DNA from: a virus
Lineage: Duplodnaviria > Caudoviricetes
Direction: 5' to 3' (one strand)
Length of the DNA stretch: 39,495 bases
IMG/VR virus record: IMGVR_UViG_3300006182_000062
Location: 1-39,495 of that record
In this document: positions 18,996 through 26,891 of the stretch, piece after piece
How positions within the stretch are numbered: the stretch's first letter is position 1
Layout: each line of letters opens with the position of its first letter
Position numbers and translations under genes: made by a program
The notes under the pieces: model-generated
What the model was told of the DNA's origin: nothing
Database searches by the model: none
Seen by the model: only the letters and a program-made list of their open reading frames with translations

Positions 18996-19078
18996 GCGGG
19001 AGGCTCCTGCGGGGCGTATGCCTGATCAGTGAGCCTTGAGGGTGACGCGCGCGCGCAAGGGGCGCGAGCAGCGGGCTG

Positions 19079-19097
19079 TGTAGCGGTGGGGGTTACA
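19079..19097 (-). promoter_or_regulatory. Putative Ogr-type activator site of the F late promoter
   Basis: TGTA-N11-TACA, the same motif found upstream of V and between O and P. Confidence 0.65.
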
Positions 19098-19104
19098 GCG
19101 CGGA

Positions 19105-19130
19105 CAAAAAATGCCCCGCCGAAGCGGGGC
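19105..19130 (-). terminator. Intrinsic terminator of the baseplate/fibre operon
   Basis: Minus strand GCCCCGC-TTCG-GCGGGGC-ATTTTTT. Confidence 0.8.
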
Positions 19131-19157
19131 CAAGTCCTGGTTTGTTGCGGCTAGATT

Positions 19158-19496
19158 TCAGGGCAGCTCGTGCGGCTCGGCCGAGGTGCCGAGGATCTGC
19201 TGGGCGCGCTCTGGTGTGATGAGCACTTGCTCGGCCAGGTAGTTGATGCCGGCGACGGTTTCGATGTGCTGCAGGTCGATGTGCTGCGCGGCCTGGACGA
19301 GCGACAGCCAGTCGTCAATGGCGGGGTCGCTCTGCGCGGCGGTGCGGACGGTCAGTCGCTCGGCCTGGTCGAAGCGGCGCAGCAGCGCATACGGGGTGAT
19401 GATCCAGGTGGGTACCTGTTCGATCGGTGGCTCTGTGCCCTCGGCCGAGGGCGGCTGAAACTCGATGCGATGGGTGCCGATGTCGATGATTTCCAT
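19158..19496 (-). CDS. Tail fibre-associated / assembly protein, 112 aa
   Basis: Last gene of the fibre operon; LLRRF..AER...IDL...ET..GI..L....IT.ERA.QIL pattern. Confidence 0.65.
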   Translation of the reverse strand: MEIIDIGTHRIEFQPPSAEGTEPPIEQVPTWIITPYALLRRFDQAERLTVRTAAQSDPAIDDWLSLVQAAQHIDLQHIETVAGINYLAEQVLITPERAQQILGTSAEPHELP

Positions 19497-19507
19497 GGGT
19501 GGCCTCG

Positions 19508-19969
19508 TTATTCGATGGGGCTAAGGACGGCGGTGAGCTTGCGATGGCTGCCCGTTATGCCTTCGATGTAGCGTGCCCATACCTCGATCGACTGCTCGAC
19601 CAGGAACCCGCCTTCGCCGAACACGGCTGACGACGCTTGTGCATAGCCTGGGTTGCCGCCGCTTGTTTGGTGGGCGAATTGGTGCAAAAAACCTACTAGG
19701 GCAGCAGTGGACTGCCCGGTAAAGATGGTCTTGCCATCGATGACTACCTTGGTGATCTGGACGTTGTTATCCATGCTCTCGTAGCTGGCAGGACTGGTCG
19801 GCGATGCATGGATGATCCGGTGCGCCGGCCCGAGGTACGTCAGCAGAAAGCGGCCCGTCGCCTGGATCACCTTTGTTCCAGCGGCGGCGTTTGAGGTCGC
19901 TTCGGCGATGATGGGCGGCATGCACCCGGCGAGTTTCGGCGGCTCGTTGCCGCGCAATACGATGCCCAT
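19508..19969 (-). CDS. Hypothetical protein, candidate receptor-binding subunit, 153 aa
   Basis: Immediately follows the short gpH; GGAGG RBS; beta-rich composition. Confidence 0.6.
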   Translation of the reverse strand: MGIVLRGNEPPKLAGCMPPIIAEATSNAAAGTKVIQATGRFLLTYLGPAHRIIHASPTSPASYESMDNNVQITKVVIDGKTIFTGQSTAALVGFLHQFAHQTSGGNPGYAQASSAVFGEGGFLVEQSIEVWARYIEGITGSHRKLTAVLSPIE

Positions 19970-20716
19970 TCAGACCTCCCAGCCTGCGTCGGTGAAAATG
20001 AATTGATAGATGCTGTCGCCGGCCAGAGTGACGGCCGGATCGGCCCCCTTGGCGGTGTTGATCGCGCTGCCATCGGCCACGTTGATGATCGGAGCCAGAC
20101 CATGCCGCTTGCAGATGGTGATGGCATCGCCCAGTGCCGCGCTCGCGGGTAGCGTGTAGGTGCCGGCGGCGCGCAGGCTGTAGCACTCGCCAACGCCGAG
20201 CACGCCCGGGGCGGTAAGCAGCGTCCAGCGGGTGGCGAGGTGGATCTGCTCGAGCACGTAGGCACGCGAGGCGAGGAACACGTTGGGGTCGACCTTGAGC
20301 GATACCACCGCCGTGTTGCTGACCACGACGTGCATGCGCACCACCTGGGTGCGGCCGGAGCCTTGAGACAGTTGCGGCTTGTAGGTGGGGGGCACATTGG
20401 CGATGGCGATCATCACGCCGGCGTCGTCGAACAACGCCATTTCGCGGATCCACCAGCCGCCGACCTCGGCCGGCAGGATCTGCTCGGCGATGATGACGCT
20501 GCTGTTCTGCGGATCGACCGTCAGGCTGTTCAGCGGCGCGCGGCGGCGCTCGGAAACGAGGCCGACGCGCGCCGGATCGGGTACCGGCGTGCCCTGGGCG
20601 CCGGCACCGGTGCCATCACCCACGGCCATGACCAGCGAGAGCTGGGTGCCAGTGGCGGCGGCGTTGGCCATCCGCGCTTCGCCGGCCTTGGTCAGTAGTG
20701 CAAAGAAATCGCTCAT
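19970..20716 (-). CDS. Short tail fibre / collar protein (gpH N-terminal type), 248 aa
   Basis: FFALLTKAGEA...MAVGDG...GGWWIRE...TYKP.L..GSGRTQ. Confidence 0.88.
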   Translation of the reverse strand: MSDFFALLTKAGEARMANAAATGTQLSLVMAVGDGTGAGAQGTPVPDPARVGLVSERRRAPLNSLTVDPQNSSVIIAEQILPAEVGGWWIREMALFDDAGVMIAIANVPPTYKPQLSQGSGRTQVVRMHVVVSNTAVVSLKVDPNVFLASRAYVLEQIHLATRWTLLTAPGVLGVGECYSLRAAGTYTLPASAALGDAITICKRHGLAPIINVADGSAINTAKGADPAVTLAGDSIYQFIFTDAGWEV

Positions 20717-20738
20717 GCGCGCTCCGTAAGGGTTGGCA

Positions 20739-21368
20739 TCAGGGGGCCGTCGACAGGACGTCGAGCTCGTCCACCGCCACGTCGGCGCCGGCGGTGTGCG
20801 CCTGGGCGACTACGGTGATGTCGGCCGGTTGGTAGGGGTAGACGTCGAGGTGCTCGCCGTCGGTCTGTGCTGCGCCCAGGTGTGCCGGGCCCTGGGTGCT
20901 GATGACGATCGCCAGGCCGATCAGGTGGCGACTGACTGGCTTGGCCGAGTCGATCAGCCGCTCCATTTCGATGTAGGTCTGCTCGGTGATGCCGCGATCC
21001 GACACGCCGACTTCCAGGGCAAAGGTGCCCGGCACGCCCGGCGGATTCAGATGCCACCACTCGATGACCCGCTGCAGCGTGCCGCGCGGCGCGATGACGC
21101 GGCGCACGGCACCGAGGGTGCCCTTGCGCCGGTGCACCTCGACGGAGGCGGCCAGCACTGCGCGCTTTTCTGCCTCGCTCCAGTTGGCGTCCCACTCATC
21201 GACCGAGAGCGCCCAAGCCAGCCAGGGGAGCTGAGCTGCTGGGCAGGTTTGCGGGTTCCAGGCGTGGCGGGCATTGGCAGGCATGGCGGCAAGCCGTGCG
21301 GTGGCTTGCTCGATGGCGCGCTCGGTTGTGGTGCTGTTTGGCGGCAGCAGGCTGGGCACGTCAGGCAT
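20739..21368 (-). CDS. P2 gpI-like baseplate protein
   Basis: SLLPPNST..ER...CPAAQLPWLAWALSVDEWD...HRRKGT. Confidence 0.93.
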   Translation of the reverse strand: MPDVPSLLPPNSTTTERAIEQATARLAAMPANARHAWNPQTCPAAQLPWLAWALSVDEWDANWSEAEKRAVLAASVEVHRRKGTLGAVRRVIAPRGTLQRVIEWWHLNPPGVPGTFALEVGVSDRGITEQTYIEMERLIDSAKPVSRHLIGLAIVISTQGPAHLGAAQTDGEHLDVYPYQPADITVVAQAHTAGADVAVDELDVLSTAP

Positions 21369-22248
21369 CGGTGCCCCCGATCGTCACGCTGATGGCGCTG
21401 CACCATGCAGCCTGGGTGGCATTGCAGACGATGTCGGCAGCTGGACTGGTGAGCACGACACGTTGCACGCCCGGCTGATGCAGGGCGGCATAGAGCCCGG
21501 ACAGGGTGATGTCATGGCCGATGCGGTGATGCTCGGCGACGTAGGCCTCGGTGGCCTGTTGCGCCGCGGCACGCACCACTTCGGCATCCGGCCCCGGGTA
21601 AAGGGTGAGCGTGGCAGCAACGCTGTACGGGGTGATGGTGGCCGACTGAATCAGCACCTGGTCAGTCAGCGGCCGTACGTCCTCGGCATTGAGCGCGGCC
21701 AGGACGGTGGCCTGCAGGGCGGCGTCCGCCGTGCCATCGCCCTCGGTGGACAGCAGCGTCACCAGGACCTGCACCGGCGTCGGCGAGCTGACAGCCACGC
21801 TCTTGACCTGCGGCGAGGCACTGAGCGAGTGGAATTCGTAGGCACCGCGCGGCCCGGCGGTGCTGAACCCTTCCAGCGCCAGTTGGACGCGCAGCCGCAG
21901 GCGCGCATCGGTCTCGTAGACGGCGGGCACTGGCGGCACGGCGGTTGGATCGGCGGCGCTGACCAGCAGGCGCTGCACGCCAAACAGGGCAGCGAGGTTG
22001 TCCAGGTCCGCCCCGGTGGCATAGGCCAGGGTGACGGCGAGCACGGATTCATTTTCCCGCTGGCGCAGCAGGGTCTCGCGGTAGGCGCAGACCTCCAGCA
22101 GCTTGTTGATGGGCTCCGATTCGAGGCCCAGCACGGCGGCCAGCTCTGGCGCGCGGCTGAGCAGGTCGGCGCGCATTTCGGCGAGGACGGTTTCGTAGTC
22201 CAATGGCTCGACGGAGTCGGGAAACGGCAGCAGAGACAGGTCGATCAT
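21361..22248 (-). CDS. Baseplate J protein
   Basis: MIDLSLLP.P..VE.LDYE...STAGPRGAY.FH...VRPLTD. Confidence 0.93.
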   Translation of the reverse strand: MIDLSLLPFPDSVEPLDYETVLAEMRADLLSRAPELAAVLGLESEPINKLLEVCAYRETLLRQRENESVLAVTLAYATGADLDNLAALFGVQRLLVSAADPTAVPPVPAVYETDARLRLRVQLALEGFSTAGPRGAYEFHSLSASPQVKSVAVSSPTPVQVLVTLLSTEGDGTADAALQATVLAALNAEDVRPLTDQVLIQSATITPYSVAATLTLYPGPDAEVVRAAAQQATEAYVAEHHRIGHDITLSGLYAALHQPGVQRVVLTSPAADIVCNATQAAWCSAISVTIGGTDA

Positions 22249-22589
22249 GCGACGGCTCCCAGGGCTAGCGGCACGCGCAGGCTGAACGGCTGGTTGGTGT
22301 CGGTGTGGCTGCCTTCCACGTCCAGGTAGGCCTGGCCGGGCTGCTCGCCGAGGCTGAGCTGCACGCGGCTAAGGCGGATGCGCGGCTCCCAGCGCATCAG
22401 GGCCATGGCCACGGCGGCGTAGGCCTGCAGGCGGGTGGTGTCATTGAAGGGGGCGTCGATCAGGTCCGGCAGCAGGCTGCCGTACTCGCGGCGCATCACA
22501 CGGCTGCCGATGGGCGTGGTGAGGATGTCGCCGATGGACTGGCTGATGTGCGCGGAGGTGGCCAGCGCGGCGCCGGTCGAGCGGTTCAT
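22245..22589 (-). CDS. Baseplate wedge gpW (gp25-like)
   Basis: HISQSIGDILTTPIGSRVMRREYGS...WEPRI. Confidence 0.93.
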   Translation of the reverse strand: MNRSTGAALATSAHISQSIGDILTTPIGSRVMRREYGSLLPDLIDAPFNDTTRLQAYAAVAMALMRWEPRIRLSRVQLSLGEQPGQAYLDVEGSHTDTNQPFSLRVPLALGAVA

Positions 22590-23113
22590 TGCGGCGCTCC
22601 GGTGGTACCGCCGCTGTCGCCGGGGTGCCTGTGCTCGACCAGGCTGATGCCGGCAGCGATGACGTCCTCGCTGACGGTCACGGTGCCGGTGATGGCCACG
22701 TCGCCCAGGATCGTGACGCCGGCCGGCGCGCTGAGCTTGGCTTTGCCGCCGGCGGGCAGTGTGGCCAGCAGGTTGTGAGTAACGCTGTCGTACTCGATGA
22801 CGGCGCCGTCGCGGTAGGTGCGGCGGTGCAGCCCTTCGCGATCGCCATTGGCGGGAATCAGGTCGCTGAAGATACCGGTCAGCGCCACGCCCTGGGCGAG
22901 GTTGCCGGATGGGCTCAGCAGTACCACTTGCTCACCGATGGTTGGCGGGTCCCACTCGCGGTCGGCACCGGCGCGCAGGTTCAGCCAGGGGCGCCATGCG
23001 GTTTTGATGTGGCCGCTTTTCACCCGTACGCGAGGCGGGCGCATCTGGACCGCTTCGACGGTACCGAAGCGGACGATGTTTTCGAGCAGGCGGGTGAGGT
23101 CGGCAATGTTCAT
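22586..23113 (-). CDS. Baseplate spike gpV, 175 aa
   Basis: Start MNIADLTRLLEN; WDPPTIGEQV, DGAVIEYD and the C-terminal HRH metal motif. Confidence 0.92.
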   Translation of the reverse strand: MNIADLTRLLENIVRFGTVEAVQMRPPRVRVKSGHIKTAWRPWLNLRAGADREWDPPTIGEQVVLLSPSGNLAQGVALTGIFSDLIPANGDREGLHRRTYRDGAVIEYDSVTHNLLATLPAGGKAKLSAPAGVTILGDVAITGTVTVSEDVIAAGISLVEHRHPGDSGGTTGAPQ

Positions 23114-23160
23114 GCCGCTGATGCTGCGGCTCGCGCGCGCGTGGCGCACGGGGCTGAGCC

Positions 23161-23179
23161 TGTAGCGCGGTGCGCTACA
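23161..23179 (-). promoter_or_regulatory. Putative Ogr-type activator site of the V promoter
   Basis: TGTAGCGC-GGT-GCGCTACA palindrome, 47 nt before the V ATG. Confidence 0.7.
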
Positions 23180-23187
23180 GGGCAAGG

Positions 23188-23640
23188 TCAACGGGTGAGA
23201 TGCTCCAGAAGCTGATCACGGATCAGTTCAAGATCTGCGTCGGTGAAGCCAAGTAGTTCGCGGCGCTCATATTGCACCTCGGCCTGGCCGCGATCAGGGC
23301 GGTCGCGCAGGCCGTACTGGTGGATGCGGGCGATGCGGGCCACGCGCCCCATGAAGCTGACGGCGATGGCGTCCGGGGTGCTGCGCAGCTTGAGATGTGC
23401 GGCCTGGCGTAGCTTGGTGAACATCTGCCGCTTGATGCGCCCGACCTTGCCACGCAGTTTGCGGGGCTTTCGGCGCGCGTAGGGGGTGCCGTCCGGGTTG
23501 CGCTGCGCGGCGATCCGCTGCTGCTGGCTGCGGCGCAGTACGCGGCCGATCTGCTGGTTGAGTTGGCGCCGGGCTCCGGGGTCCAGCCTGGCAAGCAGCG
23601 CACCCGCCCAATCCTCGAGGGCGCGCAGGTCGTCAGCCAT
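23188..23640 (-). CDS. Tail completion / virion morphogenesis protein gpS
   Basis: MADDLRALEDW...QRNPDGTPY..RK...RIHQYG...RELLG. Confidence 0.9.
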   Translation of the reverse strand: MADDLRALEDWAGALLARLDPGARRQLNQQIGRVLRRSQQQRIAAQRNPDGTPYARRKPRKLRGKVGRIKRQMFTKLRQAAHLKLRSTPDAIAVSFMGRVARIARIHQYGLRDRPDRGQAEVQYERRELLGFTDADLELIRDQLLEHLTR

Positions 23641-24118
23641 TGCCGCCCCACTCGGCGAGCAGCTCGCCATCCGGCGTTTCCACGCGCATGGCTGGTACCA
23701 GGAACAGCTCATCATCGACCACCGGCTCGGCCGGGTGGCTGGCCTGCAGGGTGCCGTCTGCCTGGCGCTTGACGATCACCCGCTCGGTGAGCGGCAGGGT
23801 GATGGACAGGTCCACCTTGCTGTTGTCGAGGATGTCGGCCTCGAACGTGATGGCGTCCTTGCCCTTCTGCTGGTTCTCCATCAGTTCGCGCTGGTTGACC
23901 AGCACCCAGGCGAACAGCGGGATGGCGATGGCATCCGGATGGCCGGCGAAGTCGGTGAGGATCAGGTTGAGCGTGTAGCTGTACTCGAACGACAGGCCCG
24001 GCGCCGCGGTGCTGCGCATGCTGCCGTTGTCGATGAACACCAGCAGGCGGTCGGGGTTGTTTTTCAGCTCGGGGACGGCGGCCAGCAGGTGGGCGCGCAG
24101 GGATTCGGGCTTGTTCAT
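23633..24118 (-). CDS. Tail completion protein gpR
   Basis: MNKPESLRAHL...NPDRLLVFID.G...LPLTERV. Confidence 0.92.
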   Translation of the reverse strand: MNKPESLRAHLLAAVPELKNNPDRLLVFIDNGSMRSTAAPGLSFEYSYTLNLILTDFAGHPDAIAIPLFAWVLVNQRELMENQQKGKDAITFEADILDNSKVDLSITLPLTERVIVKRQADGTLQASHPAEPVVDDELFLVPAMRVETPDGELLAEWGGNG

Positions 24119-24570
24119 GCCGAGAGAGCTCCTAGCCAGGGGGCCGATTGCTCGGCGGTCATGTAGGCCCAGGCGAAGTCTTCACGTTTGACGCCGCCGG
24201 CGCACTGGTTCCAGCGGTACCAGCCGCCGGCACGCACCGCGGCATGAATGCTGCGGCGCTTGGCCCAGCCGCTGCCGGCGCGGGCCATGGCCTCGAGGAA
24301 CAGCGCATCGGCCTCGGCGCGCGGCAGCCGTTGCGAGCAGTAGAGCCAGTCGTGCAGGAGCGCGGGGCCGCGCAGTTCGTCGTCGGTGCCGTAGAGCGCG
24401 CGGGCCGGCCGGGGGATCGACGCGCCGTCATGGATGAACCAGGCGGGGATTTCGATGCACCTGCCGTCCAGGGCGGTATAGGTGACGGCGTCGCGCAACG
24501 CCCATTCGGCGACGTCCCAGACGCGCAGGTCGATCGGGGCGTTGAAGCCTGGAACGATGGCCGGAGTCAT
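24115..24570 (-). CDS. DUF1353-like protein, 151 aa
   Basis: IPAWFIHDGASIPR...ALLHDWLY...EADALFLEAM...AVRAGG. Confidence 0.78.
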   Translation of the reverse strand: MTPAIVPGFNAPIDLRVWDVAEWALRDAVTYTALDGRCIEIPAWFIHDGASIPRPARALYGTDDELRGPALLHDWLYCSQRLPRAEADALFLEAMARAGSGWAKRRSIHAAVRAGGWYRWNQCAGGVKREDFAWAYMTAEQSAPWLGALSA

Positions 24571-24575
24571 GGCGT

Positions 24576-24779
24576 TTACTCGACTGCTGCCACCGGCGCC
24601 TGGGCGCAGGTGATGGCGATGGCGTTGGGGGCCAGCTGCGTGTTGATGAGCAGGCGATTGGCCTCCCGCGCCGGCTGCGGAATGGCGCAGTAGCGGTTGA
24701 CGGCGTGATCGGCCACCTGGCCGAGGGTGCAGCCGGTGAGTAGGGCGGCGGCGAGCGCGAGGACGAGGATACGGGTCAT
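24576..24779 (-). CDS. Small lipoprotein, 67 aa
   Basis: MTRILVLALAAALLTG-C lipobox; ATGA overlap with the endolysin. Confidence 0.75.
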   Translation of the reverse strand: MTRILVLALAAALLTGCTLGQVADHAVNRYCAIPQPAREANRLLINTQLAPNAIAITCAQAPVAAVE

Positions 24780-25594
24780 GCGGCTTGCTCCTGTTGGCTG
24801 GCGAACCCGGCATAGGCGCGGGCGAGCTTCACGTCGTAGAGGTTCTTGGCGTAGGCCGGGCCGTTGTAGCGGCGGGCGAACTCGGCCCACTTCCTGCCCT
24901 TGAGCGCCTTGTGCAGCGCGGGGTCGGTTTCGATGAAGGTGACGAAGGCGTCGAGCTGGGCGGCCTCGCTCAAGGCCATGGTGTCCGCGAAGTGCTGGGC
25001 GTCGTGGTAGCCGAGGCGCTGCCAGTGGTAGCCCATGATCTGGAACAGGCCCCAACTGGCGGACTCCAGCGCGGCGGCTTCGTGGAGCAACTGTTGGGCC
25101 TGTGCCAGGCGCTGATGCTCGGCGGTGCCGCCGATATAGCCGCCGGGCTTGCGGTTGACTAGGGCCGGGTATTGGGCAGCTAGGTTGTCGGCGGTGCGCT
25201 CGGTGATGCCGTGCGCCTGCAGGCGCTCGAACATTACGTGCCGTTCGAACAGGATCACCGGACGGCCGTTGCTGGCGAAGCCCTCGCCGCGGCTCTCCAC
25301 CTGATTGACGGCCATAACGCTGGCCAGCGGCACGCCGAGGCGGTCGGCGGCCTGCTGTAGGTCCTTCCGCTTGAGGTAGCGCGAGGTGTCGTAGCCGTGA
25401 AGCGCCGCCAGTGTCTTCGGCCCGGCGACGCCATCGTTAACCAGGCCGGCGCGGCGCTGGAAGGCGGCCACGGCGCGCTCGGTCTGCTCGCCGAAGTCAC
25501 CGTCCACGGCTACAGCGAAGCCGGCCAGCTTGAGTGCGGCCTGCAGGTTTCGCACGGCGAGGCCGCGCGAGCCGATCGTCAGGAGTTCGCTCAT
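24776..25594 (-). CDS. Modular endolysin (PG-binding domain + N-acetylmuramidase/DUF3380-like), 272 aa
   Basis: VDGDFG..T..AV..FQ...DGVAGPKT; VESRG, ILFERH, SASWGLFQIMG and YNGP. Confidence 0.9.
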   Translation of the reverse strand: MSELLTIGSRGLAVRNLQAALKLAGFAVAVDGDFGEQTERAVAAFQRRAGLVNDGVAGPKTLAALHGYDTSRYLKRKDLQQAADRLGVPLASVMAVNQVESRGEGFASNGRPVILFERHVMFERLQAHGITERTADNLAAQYPALVNRKPGGYIGGTAEHQRLAQAQQLLHEAAALESASWGLFQIMGYHWQRLGYHDAQHFADTMALSEAAQLDAFVTFIETDPALHKALKGRKWAEFARRYNGPAYAKNLYDVKLARAYAGFASQQEQAA

Positions 25595-25914
25595 AGTTCT
25601 TCCGCCTTCTTGGTGATGACTTTCGCGGCAGCGGCGCGGCTGGCTTCGACGCCGAACAGGCCGACCATGCAGGCGAGGAACACGCCCGCCTCTTGCGGGG
25701 CGCCGATCAGCGCGGGACCGTAGGACACGCCGATGCCGAGCAGCCCGCAGAGGGGCGCCTCGAGCAGCAGCTGCCGCAGCTTGCCGCCGCTGTAGATGAT
25801 CCGCCACGCGGCGATGAGCAGCGCCAGGGCGCCGGCATAGACGGCTGGGAAATTAGCTTCGAGCCAGGCCGCGAGCCACGCGTAGGTTTCCGGTCTGTCA
25901 GGCATTCGCTTCAT
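25591..25914 (-). CDS. Holin (lambda-family-like)
   Basis: Three hydrophobic segments, basic C-terminus and a possible dual start MKRM; precedes the endolysin. Confidence 0.82.
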   Translation of the reverse strand: MKRMPDRPETYAWLAAWLEANFPAVYAGALALLIAAWRIIYSGGKLRQLLLEAPLCGLLGIGVSYGPALIGAPQEAGVFLACMVGLFGVEASRAAAAKVITKKAEEL

Positions 25915-25917
25915 CCT

Positions 25918-26127
25918 TCAATCCCACAAATTCACCACTTGGCGTTGTTCAGCGCGCACGGCCTGCTCGGGCAGCTCGACCAGGGTGCCGTGCGGGATGA
26001 CCGGGCCGAGGTCGGCCAGGCCGGGGTTGGCATCGAGCACCTGCTCGACCACGCCGGCAGTGCGCCCGTAATGCCGCCAGCAGATGGCGTCGACGGTGTC
26101 GCCCTGCTGGGCACGCTGGCTGGCCAT
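25918..26127 (-). CDS. Tail protein X
   Basis: AQQGDTVDAICWRHYG...VLDANPGLA...GTLVELP. Confidence 0.92.
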   Translation of the reverse strand: MASQRAQQGDTVDAICWRHYGRTAGVVEQVLDANPGLADLGPVIPHGTLVELPEQAVRAEQRQVVNLWD

Positions 26128-26321
26128 CAGTCGTTCGCCTCGGCTGCGGCTGCGGCTGCATCCGGATAGACGAAGGGGCCGTCGTCAGAAACCAGTGCGC
26201 CGGGCGAGACGCCTGTCTCAACCTCACGGCAAATGGCCAGGCCAAGCGGGTGCATGATTTCCCGGTTGATCCGTTCCAGTAGCCCGCGGCGGCTGATTTC
26301 GTTCCAGTCGATCCTTTCCAT
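26127..26321 (-). CDS. Hypothetical protein inserted between L and X, 64 aa
   Basis: TGATG overlaps on both sides; DWNEISRRGLLERINREIMHPLGLA. Confidence 0.7.
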   Translation of the reverse strand: MERIDWNEISRRGLLERINREIMHPLGLAICREVETGVSPGALVSDDGPFVYPDAAAAAAEAND

Positions 26322-26791
26322 CAGATCAGCTCCACGGTGGTGTGGGCGATGCCGAGGATGCTGCGGATAGCCCAGCGGGCGTCGCGGCGGTATTCGTCGG
26401 CGGTCGGGGTCAGGGCTTCGGCGCGTTCGGCACCGTCGCCGGTGGCGCTGTAGTCGCGCATGCGCTCGGCCAGCTCGGCGCCGACGCTGCAGGCGATGGC
26501 ACGGCGGTAGAGGTGCACGAGGTAGCTCTCGCCCTGGAGCTGCGAGGCGGGTACCGCGGTCAGGTTGGCATGGCCTTCCTCCTGACGTGCGCGGCGATAG
26601 AGGTCCAGCTCGCGGTTGACTTCGATCAGGGCGTTAACGGTAGCGACCTCAAGGCGCACATCGGTCACGCTGCCGTCCAGGCGCAGGGCGGCGCGCAGCT
26701 GGGCGCCGTCCAGGTCGGGGAACCAGCCGTCGTTGATGATGGGGAACGGGTCGGTGGTTGCGGGGGCGTTGGTGGCGATGAAGGCGCTCAT
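26321..26791 (-). CDS. Head completion protein gpL
   Basis: INDGWFPDLD...YRRAI...DARWAI..ILG...TVELI. Confidence 0.92.
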   Translation of the reverse strand: MSAFIATNAPATTDPFPIINDGWFPDLDGAQLRAALRLDGSVTDVRLEVATVNALIEVNRELDLYRRARQEEGHANLTAVPASQLQGESYLVHLYRRAIACSVGAELAERMRDYSATGDGAERAEALTPTADEYRRDARWAIRSILGIAHTTVELI

Positions 26792-26891
26792 GGTCGCGGC
26801 TCGAATGGGTCGGCGGTGGTCGGGGCTTCACAGCTGGGCCAAGGAGAAAACCTGCTGATCAGCCCCGAGCCGCCGGGGTGCGTGGGGACGC

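Noticed and set aside
19158..20716. Invertible tail-fibre cassette or diversity-generating retroelement
   Set aside because: No invertase, reverse transcriptase, inverted crossover sites or TR/VR repeat pair was seen.
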